64,000 nucleotides of DNA from an uncultured bacterium (GCA_949284575.1 CASDWO010000061.1:16924-80923); one strand, 5' to 3'; numbered from the stretch's first letter, positions 9,812-20,051 are shown. The notes: a model not told the origin generated them from the letters alone. Numbers and translations: made by a program.

Positions 9812-9910
9812 ATGAATAGCAAAATAATGATAATTATGAAAAAAGATTTTTCGTGTTTATTCATATATCTTGCTCCTTTCTATAACTTTAATATTATAGA
9901 AAGCATCTAA
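9812..9910 (+). CDS. 32-aa hydrophobic peptide (MNSKIMIIMKKDFSCLFIYLAPFYNFNIIESI) in a highly structured short transcript; candidate small membrane peptide or type-I-toxin-like ORF
   Basis: Strong RBS AAGGGAGA 6 nt upstream of the ATG. Preceded by a hairpin plus U-rich tract at 9753-9790. The transcript 5' arm (9704-9734) and 3' arm (9899-9930) are complementary. Too short for the ORF track. Confidence 0.3.
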   Translation: MNSKIMIIMKKDFSCLFIYLAPFYNFNIIESI

Positions 9911-9945
9911 TTCCAAATAAATGTATTCATATATAGTATAGCATT

Positions 9946-9976
9946 AAACCCGTACCTTTCATAGTACGGGTTTTCG
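9946..9976. terminator. bidirectional rho-independent terminator (AACCCGTAC...GTACGGGTT + TTTT) between convergent small genes
   Basis: seen in sequence. Confidence 0.7.
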
Positions 9977-9996
9977 TAAATATATTATTTCTTTTT

Positions 9997-10167
9997 TTAA
10001 AAATAAATTATCATAGCAGAAAAGCAATAAATCTGCTCTTCTCCACTAGGAAAAGAACTAACAGCATACTTAATATCTACAACTTCTCCTTCCAAATCTC
10101 CTAAAAATTCATTCATAGCTTTTTGTAAATCACTTTCATCTTCATAGTCAAATATTTTTACTTTCAT
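9997..10167 (-). CDS. 56-aa small protein resembling sporulation protein Cse60 (MKVKIFDYEDESDLQKAMNEFLGDLEGEVVDIKYAVSSFPSGEEQIYCFSAMIIYF)
   Basis: Complete ORF with RBS AGGTTGAGG, absent from the ORF track. The EEQIYCFSAM C-terminal motif and overall pattern recall Cse60/YteV. Confidence 0.55.
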   Translation of the reverse strand: MKVKIFDYEDESDLQKAMNEFLGDLEGEVVDIKYAVSSFPSGEEQIYCFSAMIIYF

Positions 10168-10221
10168 ATAGCCTCAACCTTTCTACTATATTTTAAAACA
10201 CTTTTTCCACAAAAAATGTGG

Positions 10222-10257
10222 AAAAAAAGCAAAGAGAATTATCTTTTTCCTCTTTGC
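10222..10257 (-). terminator. leuS rho-independent terminator (GCAAAGAG...CTCTTTGC + T7)
   Basis: seen in sequence, immediately after the leuS stop at 10268. Confidence 0.75.
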
Positions 10258-10267
10258 TTGTTTAAAA

Positions 10268-12661
10268 CTATTTAACTACTATATTTACTATTTTACCTTT
10301 AATAACGATAACCTTTGCTATTTCTTTACCTTCAGTAAATCTCTTTACATTGTCTTGGACTAAAGCTTTTTCTTTAACTACTTCTTCACTGTCATCAACA
10401 TTTATTGTTATAGTAGCACGTACTTTACCATTTACTTGAACAGCTATTTCTTTTTCTTCTTCTACTAGATATTTTTCATCATACATTGGATAAGATTCAT
10501 TATGTATAGAATATTTATTTCCAATAGAAGTCCATAACTCTTCTGTTATATGAGGAGCGAATGGTGCAAGCATTAAAAGAAGTTGTTCAATATAGTATCT
10601 TGGAATGCCACTCTTTTCATATTTTACTAAGATATTTGCATATTCCATTATTTTGGCTATAGATGTATTAAAATGAAATTTATCTAAGTCTTCTCTTATT
10701 ACTTTTAGAGAATTATGTAATACTTTATCTATATCAAGTATTCTTTCATCACTTTCTTTAATAGCATTAGTAAGACGTTCTACTTTACGATAGAATTTAT
10801 TGATAGCAACTATACCATCATCAGTCCAAGGTCCACCATCTATATAGTTAAATCCAAACATTAAATACCCTCTTAGGACATCTGCTCCATATTCTTCTAC
10901 TAATGGATCAGGTGCTACGGTATTACCTTTAGATTTAGACATTTTTTCTCCATCAGGTCCTAATATTGTACCTTGATGTACTAATGATAAGAATGGTTCA
11001 TCAAAGTTTAAATATCCCATATCTCTTAAGGCTTTAGTAAAGAATCTTGCATATAGTAAGTGCATACAAGCGTGTTCTACTCCACCTATATATTTATCAA
11101 CAGGTAATATTTTATTAATTAATTCCTTATTAAATGGTTCTTTATCATTATGAGCATCAGGATATCTTAAATAATACCAACTAGAGCAGACAAATGTATC
11201 TAGGGTATCTGCTTCTCTTGTTGCTTTCTTACCACATTTAGGACAAGTACATTCCATAAACTCTTTACACTTCTTAAGCGGACTTTCACCATCTGGAGTA
11301 AATTCTACATTCATTGGTAATTTTACTGGTAAATCTTTTTCAGGAACTGGTACTATTCCACAGTCTTCACAATAAATAATAGGAATAGGAGCTCCCCAAT
11401 ATCTTTGACGAGATACTAACCAATCTCTTAATTTGTAAGTTGTAGTCTTCTTTCCATAGCCTTTTTCTTCTAAATAAGCATTCATTTTATTTAAAGCATC
11501 TTCTTTATTTAAACCATTTAAAAAGTCAGAGTTAATATGAAGCCCATCGTCAACAAAAGCCTCTTTAGATAAGTCTCCACCTTCAAGAACTGGTATTATT
11601 TCTAAATTAAATTTTTTTGCAAATTCATAGTCTCTTTCATCATGAGCAGGAACAGCCATAATAGCTCCTGTTCCATAAGTTGATAAGACATAGTCACTAA
11701 TCCAAATTGGTATTTTTTTACCATTTATAGGATTAATTGCATAAGCACCTGTAAAGACTCCTGTCTTTTCTTTAGTAGTACTTGTTCTTTCAATATCACT
11801 TTGTTTACTAGCTTCTTCTTTATATTTATCAACAGCTTCTTTTTGTTCTTTAGTAGTTATTTTGTCAACTAATGGTAATTCAGGTGCTAAAACACAGTAA
11901 GTTGCTCCAAATAAAGTATCAGATCTAGTTGTAAATACTGTAAACTTTTCATTAGTACCGTCAACTTTAAAATCGACATAAGCTCCTACACTTTTACCTA
12001 TCCAATTACGTTGAAGATTTTTAGTTCTATCAGGCCAATCTAATTTATCTAAGTCATTTAATAGTTCTTCAGCGTAATCAGTAATTTTAAAGAACCATTG
12101 ACTCATATTCTTTCTAATAACAGTACTTCCACATCTTTCACAGTTTCCTGCTACTACTTGTTCATTAGCTAAAACAGTATTACAAGATGGACAGAAATTA
12201 ACAGGAGCTTCTTTCTTATAAGCAAGTCCTTTTTCATATAGTTTTAAAAACATCCACTGAGTCCATTTATAGTAATCTTCTTTACAAGTTTTAACTTCAT
12301 AGTCCCAGTCCCAAGAACCACCTATTCTTCTTAATTGTTTTTCCATAGTTTCAATATTTTTATCGGTACTAATAGCAGGATGAATTCCTGTTTTTATGGC
12401 ATAGTTTTCAGCAGGTAGACCAAATGCATCAAAACCCATTGGATGAAACAAATTATAACCATCCATTCTTTTAAATCTAGCCCAAGTATCAGCAACACTA
12501 TAGTTATACCAATGTCCTAAATGTAGTTTAGCACCACTAGGATAACTAAACATCTCTAGACAATAAAGTTTCTTTTTATCACTTTTATTATCAAATTTAT
12601 ATAGTTTATCTTCTTCCCATTTCTTTTCCCATTTTTCTTCTATTTCATTAAAATTAATCAT
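10268..12661 (-). CDS. leuS: leucyl-tRNA synthetase
   Basis: Class I aaRS with HMGH and KMSKS motifs and LeuS editing and anticodon-binding domains. 797 aa. Confidence 0.95.
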   Translation of the reverse strand: MINFNEIEEKWEKKWEEDKLYKFDNKSDKKKLYCLEMFSYPSGAKLHLGHWYNYSVADTWARFKRMDGYNLFHPMGFDAFGLPAENYAIKTGIHPAISTDKNIETMEKQLRRIGGSWDWDYEVKTCKEDYYKWTQWMFLKLYEKGLAYKKEAPVNFCPSCNTVLANEQVVAGNCERCGSTVIRKNMSQWFFKITDYAEELLNDLDKLDWPDRTKNLQRNWIGKSVGAYVDFKVDGTNEKFTVFTTRSDTLFGATYCVLAPELPLVDKITTKEQKEAVDKYKEEASKQSDIERTSTTKEKTGVFTGAYAINPINGKKIPIWISDYVLSTYGTGAIMAVPAHDERDYEFAKKFNLEIIPVLEGGDLSKEAFVDDGLHINSDFLNGLNKEDALNKMNAYLEEKGYGKKTTTYKLRDWLVSRQRYWGAPIPIIYCEDCGIVPVPEKDLPVKLPMNVEFTPDGESPLKKCKEFMECTCPKCGKKATREADTLDTFVCSSWYYLRYPDAHNDKEPFNKELINKILPVDKYIGGVEHACMHLLYARFFTKALRDMGYLNFDEPFLSLVHQGTILGPDGEKMSKSKGNTVAPDPLVEEYGADVLRGYLMFGFNYIDGGPWTDDGIVAINKFYRKVERLTNAIKESDERILDIDKVLHNSLKVIREDLDKFHFNTSIAKIMEYANILVKYEKSGIPRYYIEQLLLMLAPFAPHITEELWTSIGNKYSIHNESYPMYDEKYLVEEEKEIAVQVNGKVRATITINVDDSEEVVKEKALVQDNVKRFTEGKEIAKVIVIKGKIVNIVVK

Positions 12662-13010
12662 TCTTACAACATCCTTTCTTCTTGTATATTCTTCCTACTA
12701 TATCATAACTTACAATTATTACAATCATTATTAAGACAAAGCCTACTAATAATTGTAAGTAGAAACTTTCTAATAATGAGACTATTGTTACTACTAAAGA
12801 AATATCAAAAGCACTAACTGCACTGATTATATTTAATAGTCTCTTGTAATTTAATTTCTCTAAATCTAGTTTATATTTACCTATTAAGTAACCTACTTCT
12901 ACAGGTTTCTTTCTTCTTTTGTCTTTTTTAGCTTTTCTTACTAAAAACAGCTCATAAATTATAAATACGAGTAGAAACGTTAAAATAAATAGTATTAATT
13001 CTTCTAACAT
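12654..13010 (-). CDS. small membrane protein (two predicted TM helices) between the T-box leader and leuS; stop overlaps the leuS ATG
   Basis: RBS GGAGGTATGCT upstream of its ATG. Hydrophobic segments. The terminal NDstop codons overlap the leuS start (AATGATTAA). Confidence 0.45.
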   Translation of the reverse strand: MLEELILFILTFLLVFIIYELFLVRKAKKDKRRKKPVEVGYLIGKYKLDLEKLNYKRLLNIISAVSAFDISLVVTIVSLLESFYLQLLVGFVLIMIVIIVSYDIVGRIYKKKGCCKND

Positions 13011-13020
13011 AGCATACCTC

Positions 13021-13255
13021 CTAATAAAAATAGATTTCTACTTGCAAGGACGATATTTATCGCGGTACCACCTTGTTTCATAGAAATCTATGCACTTTAA
13101 AGTTATATCGGACCTATCCGTAAATGCTTAAGGTTATCAAGTTCAAAAAGCTATTTTGTTTGTTTTCACCAACCACAAACTCTCTATTAAAATATTACTT
13201 TTTTACTACTACAACCACATTTAAAATCTAGTATTATTATACGAAATATTTAATC
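13021..13255 (-). promoter_or_regulatory. T-box leader (tRNA-sensing riboswitch), probably Leu-specific, controlling the small-ORF/leuS operon
   Basis: Minus-strand T-box sequence AACAAGGTGGTACCGCG (plus 13061-13077). Terminator helix TAGATTTCTA/TAGAAATCTA (plus 13031-13040 and 13081-13090) followed by UUUUUAUU. Upstream AGAGAG stem I with a candidate CUU specifier in AACUUGA. Confidence 0.8.
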
Positions 13256-13264
13256 GTTATGCAA

Positions 13265-14134
13265 CTACTTTTTAGTAAGACTATATGTTTTTACTCTATA
13301 AACTAAATCGGAATGAACGATAGAATTACATATTGGTAATATTTCTTCTTTAGAGATTAAACAAGGATTATATGATCTTTTAGATCTTACAGGAAACATT
13401 GTAATAATTTTATTTGTATTGGGAATAGTAGCAACTCGAAAATAGTTTAAAACTTCTCTATGGCCATCACTTATACCTATTTTTCTAAATTTAAATATAT
13501 AACTATCAGAAAAATCCCATTCTAATTTTATTTCTCTTTTTTCAAATTCAATATTTCTTGAAGCTGCTAAAAATAATTCTTCTAAATCATAATAGTTATA
13601 GAATATAGAACCTGTATTAGAATTTGTTTTATTATTAGAAGTAATATGTCTTGAACTGATATGTTCAATAGCTTTTTTATAATCGTATTTTATATATTGT
13701 TTTTCTTTATAATTTAAATTAGGAGGAGTTTCAATAGTTTTATTTACAAAAGTTTTTAAAAACACTTGCAATCTTCTTAAATATGTTTGAGCAGATTTTA
13801 CTTGCTCATTAGTATTTAAATCTTGAAAAGGCCTATTTTTATTTTTACTCCATAAATTATATAATTTATCATATCTTTCTAATTTTATATATAGTTGTGA
13901 TAATTCTTTAAAGACAGAAAAGTAATTATGACTTTGATCTTTTAAAAGTTCTAAAGCTTTTTTCAAAGCTCCTTGTTGTGAATATATACGTGCTAAAATA
14001 ACACTAACATCGGGATCTTTTTTATTATAATCTAAATATCCTTTAAGTAGTATTTCTGCTTTTTTTATATTACCTTCTTCAATACTTGTTTCAGCTTCTC
14101 TTAAAATTTTAATTTTTAAATTATTATTTTCCAT
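13265..14134 (-). CDS. hypothetical protein with TPR-like helical repeats
   Basis: Start probably at the second Met of MMENNN (RBS GGAGA). The ORF-track N-terminal extension is unlikely. Confidence 0.5.
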   Translation of the reverse strand: MENNNLKIKILREAETSIEEGNIKKAEILLKGYLDYNKKDPDVSVILARIYSQQGALKKALELLKDQSHNYFSVFKELSQLYIKLERYDKLYNLWSKNKNRPFQDLNTNEQVKSAQTYLRRLQVFLKTFVNKTIETPPNLNYKEKQYIKYDYKKAIEHISSRHITSNNKTNSNTGSIFYNYYDLEELFLAASRNIEFEKREIKLEWDFSDSYIFKFRKIGISDGHREVLNYFRVATIPNTNKIITMFPVRSKRSYNPCLISKEEILPICNSIVHSDLVYRVKTYSLTKK

Positions 14135-14208
14135 CATTATCTCCGTTTTAATCATTTTATTATAGAATGAGAAGATGAGCAAGAGGAAATTATAGGTAAA
14201 TAGTGACA

Positions 14209-14832
14209 TTATTTTGTTTTCTTCTTTACTTTAGAAGATAGTCCACTTACTAAATTACCACACATAAGACCCATATAAGCTCCTACTGCTGTAATTATAA
14301 TCCAAAATGTTGTATCTTTTATATTAGATTCTCTACTTTCTCTTACCTTTATTACACTATCATAATTAACAGTTTTAATATTTATTTCTTCTAGAATATT
14401 TTCATAACTTGCAGGTAATTCACTAGCTTCTACTTTATAATCTGCAGTATTATCAAAATTGTTTATAGCAGATAAAGAATTACCATTTTCAAATTGATTT
14501 TGTTTTGTAGTTATTTCTTCATCTGTTAAACTATCATTTGAAAAACCATATAAATCCACATCATAATCATCATTTGATGGTATATAGCTTTTTACTTCTA
14601 ATTCATTCATTTCTTCTATCTCATTAGACGTTAAAAATTCTGAAGTTGGGATTAGTCTAGTTAAGCCATCTATTGTCCTAATTGTTGTATCTGTAGTTAC
14701 CTCATAAGTATTGATATAATCTCTTATAAATGGTTTCCTATCATTGAGAGCAAAAACTGCTCCTCCTATTATTAAACCTCCTGTAACAGCACCTATTGTT
14801 AAATTTCTAACATATTTACCTTTTTCTTGCAT
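14209..14832 (-). CDS. hypothetical membrane-anchored protein (N- and C-terminal TM segments)
   Basis: RBS GGAGGAAG. Hydrophobic N-terminus (IGAVTGGLIIGGAVFAL) and C-terminus. Confidence 0.5.
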   Translation of the reverse strand: MQEKGKYVRNLTIGAVTGGLIIGGAVFALNDRKPFIRDYINTYEVTTDTTIRTIDGLTRLIPTSEFLTSNEIEEMNELEVKSYIPSNDDYDVDLYGFSNDSLTDEEITTKQNQFENGNSLSAINNFDNTADYKVEASELPASYENILEEINIKTVNYDSVIKVRESRESNIKDTTFWIIITAVGAYMGLMCGNLVSGLSSKVKKKTK

Positions 14833-14877
14833 ACTACTTCCTCCTCGAGATACTCTTTATTATAACATTTTTTCTTT

Positions 14878-14913
14878 TGTAATCAACAAAAAAAGAGACA
14901 TTATTTTGTCTCT
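14878..14913 (-). terminator. rplQ rho-independent terminator (GAGACAAAATAATGTCTC + T7) embedding the rplQ stop codon
   Basis: seen in sequence. Confidence 0.7.
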
Positions 14914-15269
14914 TCTTTAACACTATCATCTACTAAGGTAATGATTGCAAGTAATGCTCCATCACCACGACGTTCGTTAAGTTTTAAAATCCTAGTATAT
15001 CCACCATTACGGTTAGCATATTTAGGAGCTAGTTCATTAAATACTTTATTTACAACAGCTTTATCGTTATGAACAAAAGCTAGGGCTCTACGACGACTAC
15101 CAAGATCACCCTTCTTACCATAAGTAATCATTTTTTCAACAGCTTTTCTAGTCTCTTTTGCTCTTGTTTCAGTAGTTGTTACACTACCGTTCATAATTAC
15201 TTGTTTAGTAAGAGTTGCTAACATACTTCTTCTGTGTTTATTATCAACGCCTAATTTTCTATATGCCAT
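14901..15269 (-). CDS. rplQ: 50S ribosomal protein L17
   Basis: L17 family sequence. Terminal gene of the alpha operon. Confidence 0.95.
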   Translation of the reverse strand: MAYRKLGVDNKHRRSMLATLTKQVIMNGSVTTTETRAKETRKAVEKMITYGKKGDLGSRRRALAFVHNDKAVVNKVFNELAPKYANRNGGYTRILKLNERRGDGALLAIITLVDDSVKEETK

Positions 15270-15281
15270 AAGTTTACCTCC

Positions 15282-16232
15282 TTAATCATCATCTCTTAGG
15301 TCAAGCCCTAATTCTTTAATTTTGTCTAATACTTCTTTTAATGATTTCTTTCCTAAGTTACGGATTTTCATCATATCGTTTTCACTTTTGTTAACTAAGT
15401 CTTGTAGAGTATGAACTCCTGCTCTTTTTAAACAGTTATATGCTCTTACTGAGAAGTCTAAGTCTTCAATAGAAGTTTCTAAAGCTTTTGTCTTAGGATC
15501 TTCAGTTTTTTCAATCATCATACTACTAACATTAGAAATATCACTAAGATCAGTAACTAATTTGAAGTGTTCTATTAAGATTTTAGCTGCTAAAGCGATT
15601 GATTCTTCTGGTTTAATAGAACCATTAGTCCATACTTCCATTACTAATTTATCATAGCTTTCATCTTGACCAACACGAGCACTTTCTACTTCATAAGAAA
15701 TACGCTCAATTGGTGAATAGATAGCATCCATAGCAATGAAGCCATTTTTCTTATCATCTTCTCTTAAATTAGATTCTTCACTTTTTACATAACCACGACC
15801 ATTTGTAATCATAACTTGCATATTGATATGACCATCTTTAGCAAGATTAGCGATTACATGATCTTTATTAATGATTTCAATATCAGGATCTTCATCAAAA
15901 TCAGCAGCAGTTACAGGACCTTCACCACTTTTATTTAAAGTTAGAATCTTCATATCATTAGTATGGTTTTTAATAACTATACCTTTTAAATTTAAAATAA
16001 TAGTAGTTACATCCTCAATTACACCATCAAGAGTTTGGAATTCATGTAGTACACCTTCTATTTTTACAGCACTAATAGCACTACCTGGAAGAGATGATAA
16101 CATAACTCTTCTTAAGGCATTACCAATAGTAGTACCAAATCCTCTTTCTAGTGGCTCTAATTCAAATTTTCCGTAGAAATTATTTTCTACATAATCGGCA
16201 ATTTTATAAATTGGTTTTTCAAATTCTATCAA
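15282..16232 (-). CDS. rpoA: DNA-directed RNA polymerase alpha subunit
   Basis: RpoA N-terminal domain and alpha-CTD. 316 aa. Confidence 0.95.
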   Translation of the reverse strand: MIEFEKPIYKIADYVENNFYGKFELEPLERGFGTTIGNALRRVMLSSLPGSAISAVKIEGVLHEFQTLDGVIEDVTTIILNLKGIVIKNHTNDMKILTLNKSGEGPVTAADFDEDPDIEIINKDHVIANLAKDGHINMQVMITNGRGYVKSEESNLREDDKKNGFIAMDAIYSPIERISYEVESARVGQDESYDKLVMEVWTNGSIKPEESIALAAKILIEHFKLVTDLSDISNVSSMMIEKTEDPKTKALETSIEDLDFSVRAYNCLKRAGVHTLQDLVNKSENDMMKIRNLGKKSLKEVLDKIKELGLDLRDDD

Positions 16233-16250
16233 TTTAGTAACCTCCCTTTT

Positions 16251-16634
16251 TTAACCACGTGGCCGTTTTGGTGGACGGCAACCATTATGTGGAATAGGTG
16301 TAACATCTGTAATTCCTGTTACTTCTAAACCAGCTGTTTGAAGTGATCTAATAGCTGTTTCTCTACCTGGTCCTAAACCTTTAACAAATACCTCTACTTT
16401 ACGCATTCCCATATCATAAGCTGCTTTTCCAGCTTGTTCTGAAGCCATACCAGCAGCAAATGGAGTTGATTTTTTACTTCCTTTAAATCCTAAAGCTCCA
16501 CTTGAAGCCCAACTTATAGTATTTCCTGCTTTATCAGTAATAGTAATTATTGTATTATTAAAAGTTGCACAAATATGTACGACACCTTCTGGTACATTCT
16601 TTTTAACTTTTCTTTTTCTAGTTTTATAAGCCAT
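16251..16634 (-). CDS. rpsK: 30S ribosomal protein S11
   Basis: S11 family. Confidence 0.95.
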   Translation of the reverse strand: MAYKTRKRKVKKNVPEGVVHICATFNNTIITITDKAGNTISWASSGALGFKGSKKSTPFAAGMASEQAGKAAYDMGMRKVEVFVKGLGPGRETAIRSLQTAGLEVTGITDVTPIPHNGCRPPKRPRG

Positions 16635-16649
16635 AACTTAACCTCCTAA

Positions 16650-17018
16650 CTATGCTTTCTTCTTGTTAGCAACTACTTTACCTCTACCCTTACGAGTACG
16701 AGCATTACGATTGGTTCTTTGTCCTCTTACAGGTAGCCCTTTTTTATGACGAGTTCCTTGATAAGAATTAATTTCCATTTTTGTTTTAATATTCATACTA
16801 ACTTCACGACGTAAATCTCCTTCAGTTAGATGATTATTAATTTCATCTCTTAAAGCGATTAATTCATCTTGTGTTAAATCTCCTGCTTTTTTAGTAGGTT
16901 CAACTTTAGCATTTTTACAAATTGTTTTTGCTAAACTTCTACCAATTCCATAAATGTAAGTAAGTGATATACATATATGTTTATCATTTGGAATATCTAC
17001 ACCTTTAATACGTGCCAT
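16650..17018 (-). CDS. rpsM: 30S ribosomal protein S13
   Basis: S13 family. Confidence 0.95.
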   Translation of the reverse strand: MARIKGVDIPNDKHICISLTYIYGIGRSLAKTICKNAKVEPTKKAGDLTQDELIALRDEINNHLTEGDLRREVSMNIKTKMEINSYQGTRHKKGLPVRGQRTNRNARTRKGRGKVVANKKKA

Positions 17019-17033
17019 AACTTCTCCTCCTTA

Positions 17034-17147
17034 TTAACCTTGTCTTTGTTTATGTTTTGGATTTTCACAAATAATTCTTAATTTACCTTTTCTTCTTACT
17101 ATTTTGCATTTTGGGCAAATAGGTTTTACACTTGCCTTTACTTTCAT
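17034..17147 (-). CDS. rpmJ: 50S ribosomal protein L36 (37 aa; [37 protein letters not shown])
   Basis: Translated manually. Too short for the ORF track. Zn-ribbon CxxC...C...H pattern. Confidence 0.9.
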   Translation of the reverse strand: MKVKASVKPICPKCKIVRRKGKLRIICENPKHKQRQG

Positions 17148-17162
17148 TTTTATCCCTCCTAA

Positions 17163-17378
17163 TTATTTACGATAGGTAATACGCCCACGTGTTAAATCAT
17201 AAGGTGATAGTTCTAACATTACGGTATCTCCTGGTAAGATGCGAATGTAATTCATTCGTATTTTACCAGAAACGTGAGCTTCCACAATGTGACCATTTTC
17301 AAGTTTAACTTTGAACTTACCACCAGGTATAATTTCTAAAACTTTACCTTCTACTTCAATAACATCATCTTTGGCCAT
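17163..17378 (-). CDS. infA: translation initiation factor IF-1
   Basis: S1-like IF-1 sequence. Start at MAKDDV. Confidence 0.95.
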   Translation of the reverse strand: MAKDDVIEVEGKVLEIIPGGKFKVKLENGHIVEAHVSGKIRMNYIRILPGDTVMLELSPYDLTRGRITYRK

Positions 17379-17383
17379 AAAAA

Positions 17384-18130
17384 TCACTCTCCTGTTAATA
17401 TTTCTACACCATCATTAGTAATAGCAATTGTATGTTCATAATGTGCTGCATTTGATGAATCTTCAGTAACTACAGTCCAATCATTATCAAGTATATAAAT
17501 ATCAGGTTTGCCAAATGTTAGCATTGGTTCTATGGCTATTACCATACCATCTCTTATTTTAGGTCCTGTTTCCTTAGTACCATAATTAGGTACATCAGGA
17601 GCTTCATGGACTTTAGTACCTACACCATGACCAACCAATTCCTTGACAACACCAAGATTATGCTTGTTAGCATAATTTTCAATAGCATAACTAATATCTC
17701 CGATTCTATTACCTACTTTGGCTTGTTTAATACCTTCATATAAAGCTTTTTCAGTATGTTCTAGAAGATATTTATCATCTTCACTAATTTTTCCTACAGC
17801 ATAAGTCCAAGCAGAATCACCATGATAACCTTTATAACAAGCGCCAATATCAATAGATATGATATCGCCTTCTTCCAAAATACGTTCACTTGGAAAACCG
17901 TGAACTACTTCATCATTAATACTTATACATAAAGTATAAGGAAAACCTTCATAACCTTTAAATGAAGGAGTGGCACCATGATCTTTAATAAACTTTTCTG
18001 CTAATTTGTCTAGTTCTATAGTTTTGATACCAGGTTTGATAAAGGGACGTAAATATTGATGGGTAAGATATACAATATTACCTGCTTTCTTTAATAAGTC
18101 AATTTCTCTTTTACTTTTTAAAGTTATCAT
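17384..18130 (-). CDS. map: methionine aminopeptidase type I
   Basis: M24A family with conserved metal ligands. Confidence 0.9.
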   Translation of the reverse strand: MITLKSKREIDLLKKAGNIVYLTHQYLRPFIKPGIKTIELDKLAEKFIKDHGATPSFKGYEGFPYTLCISINDEVVHGFPSERILEEGDIISIDIGACYKGYHGDSAWTYAVGKISEDDKYLLEHTEKALYEGIKQAKVGNRIGDISYAIENYANKHNLGVVKELVGHGVGTKVHEAPDVPNYGTKETGPKIRDGMVIAIEPMLTFGKPDIYILDNDWTVVTEDSSNAAHYEHTIAITNDGVEILTGE

Positions 18131-18132
18131 AT

Positions 18133-18792
18133 CTACATCCCCTTTTTCAAAATAGCTTCTATATTATTAGCAATATTAATAACAGTATCATCGCCATTAA
18201 CTACATATAATATACCTTTTTTGCGATAATAGTCAAGTAAAGGTTTGGTTTTTTCTAAATATAAGTTATATCTATTTTTAAAAGAAGTAATATTATCATC
18301 ATTTCTTTGATATAATCTAGAACCACATTTATCACAAATTGATTCTTCTTTTGGAGATTCTGTTTCAGAATTTATATTGTAAACAGCATTACAACTTTTA
18401 CATATTCTTCTTCCAGTAATTCTCTTTTCTAAAATATCTTCACTAATATCTAATAATATGACATAACCTAATGTTTGATGTAATTCTTTTAACATTTCGT
18501 CATATTTATAGGCTTGCTCTATATTTCTTGGATATCCATCTAGAACATAACCATTTTGACAATCTTTTTCACTTAGACGTTTTAATAATAGATCATAAGT
18601 TACTTCATCTTTTACTAAACCGCCACTTGTCATTACTTCTCTTATATATCGGCCTAATTCAGTATCTTCTAAAGATTCTTTTCTTAAAACATCACCAGTA
18701 GAGATATGGGGAAGATGATATTTCTTTTCTAAAATCGCACTTTGAGTTCCCTTACCAGCAGCAGGGGGCGCGATAAAGATTATATTTTTCAT
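18133..18792 (-). CDS. adk: adenylate kinase (with Zn-binding lid CxxC...CxxC)
   Basis: P-loop GAPGAGKGTQ and a lid domain with 4 Cys. Confidence 0.95.
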   Translation of the reverse strand: MKNIIFIAPPAAGKGTQSAILEKKYHLPHISTGDVLRKESLEDTELGRYIREVMTSGGLVKDEVTYDLLLKRLSEKDCQNGYVLDGYPRNIEQAYKYDEMLKELHQTLGYVILLDISEDILEKRITGRRICKSCNAVYNINSETESPKEESICDKCGSRLYQRNDDNITSFKNRYNLYLEKTKPLLDYYRKKGILYVVNGDDTVINIANNIEAILKKGM

Positions 18793-20051
18793 CTTCTACT
18801 ATAACCCTTCTTATAATTTCTAGAAAGCAAGCTACCCTCTATTTGTTTATAAGTTTCAAGAGCAACTCCTACAACAATTAATAAACCAGTTCCTCCAATA
18901 CTAACACTAGCTGGAAGACTTGTAACGTTTGAAAAAATTATTGGAAGAGCAACTATTATTGTTAGGAAAACAGATCCTAAACAAGTAATTCTACTTAGTA
19001 TTTTTGAAAGATATCTTCTTGTTTCCTCACCTGGTCTAATTCCTGGAATATAACCACCATTTTCTTGAAGATTTTTTGAAAATTCTTCTGGACGGAAAGT
19101 CATAAATGTATAAACAAAACCAAATAAGAAAATGAATATTACATAGATTACAAATCCTACAGGAGTTGTATATGTTAAATATTTCTCTACAAAAAGACTA
19201 AATCCTTCATTATTAATTAATCCCGCAATAATTCCAGGTATTGCCATTAAACTTGAAGCAAAGATTACGGGAACAACACCAGCAGTATTTACTTTAATTG
19301 GAACATATGAAGCACTTGCTCCTAAAGCTGTTGATTTATTAGCATATTGAATAGGAACTTTTCGCTCAGCCATTTGAACAAAAACTACACCAATAATAAT
19401 AGCAAAATAGATTAAGGCAAATCCTATAAATTTAACAATACCTAATGCTATTTGTTGAGCAGTTCCATCAAGAACAACAAGGCCACCCCAAGCATCTATA
19501 AACATTTGTGGTAATGTTGCAATAATACCAGCCATAATTATTAGACTTAAACCATTACCAATTCCTTTAGCTGTAATTCTATCTCCTAACCATAAAAGGA
19601 AAGCAGTTCCTGCAGTTAGGACTATTGAAATATATAGATAATCTGTAGGGCTAGCAGTTTTTCCTAAAAACATGAAGGAAAAAGCGTAACCTTGTAGAAA
19701 AGCAAGTGCTATTCCTAGATATCTTGAATATGTATTTATTTTTCTTTGTCCTGTAGCTCCTTGTTTTCTTAATTCTTGGATATTAGGAATTAATTCTCCT
19801 AATAATTGCATAATAATTGTTGCAGTAATATAAGGCATAACTCCTAATGCGAAAATTGAAAAGTTCTGTAGAGCACCTCCACCCATAACGTTAACTAATT
19901 CTAAGAAACCTAAATTATTAGTAACGCTACTAGTACCAGGTACTTGAATAGTAGTTCCAATTATAAATATAGCTAAAGCTACAAAAGTAAAACCTATTCT
20001 TTTAAGTAAATCTCTATTCGTAGGCTTAAATAACTGCTTTAATAGAGACAT
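18789..20051 (-). CDS. secY: preprotein translocase SecY
   Basis: 10-TM SecY family. Confidence 0.95.
   Translation of the reverse strand: MSLLKQLFKPTNRDLLKRIGFTFVALAIFIIGTTIQVPGTSSVTNNLGFLELVNVMGGGALQNFSIFALGVMPYITATIIMQLLGELIPNIQELRKQGATGQRKINTYSRYLGIALAFLQGYAFSFMFLGKTASPTDYLYISIVLTAGTAFLLWLGDRITAKGIGNGLSLIIMAGIIATLPQMFIDAWGGLVVLDGTAQQIALGIVKFIGFALIYFAIIIGVVFVQMAERKVPIQYANKSTALGASASYVPIKVNTAGVVPVIFASSLMAIPGIIAGLINNEGFSLFVEKYLTYTTPVGFVIYVIFIFLFGFVYTFMTFRPEEFSKNLQENGGYIPGIRPGEETRRYLSKILSRITCLGSVFLTIIVALPIIFSNVTSLPASVSIGGTGLLIVVGVALETYKQIEGSLLSRNYKKGYSRR

Noticed and set aside
9626-10267. The possibility that the 640-bp gap with inverted repeats is a CRISPR array or an IS element.
   Set aside because: There are no regularly spaced direct repeats. 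No transposase ORF is present. The repeats are inverted and irregular, which fits RNA structure or operator sites better.
13021-13140. GC-rich patch considered as a possible tRNA or small RNA gene.
   Set aside because: It contains the T-box consensus and the terminator/antiterminator arrangement. No cloverleaf is apparent. It is called as a T-box leader instead.
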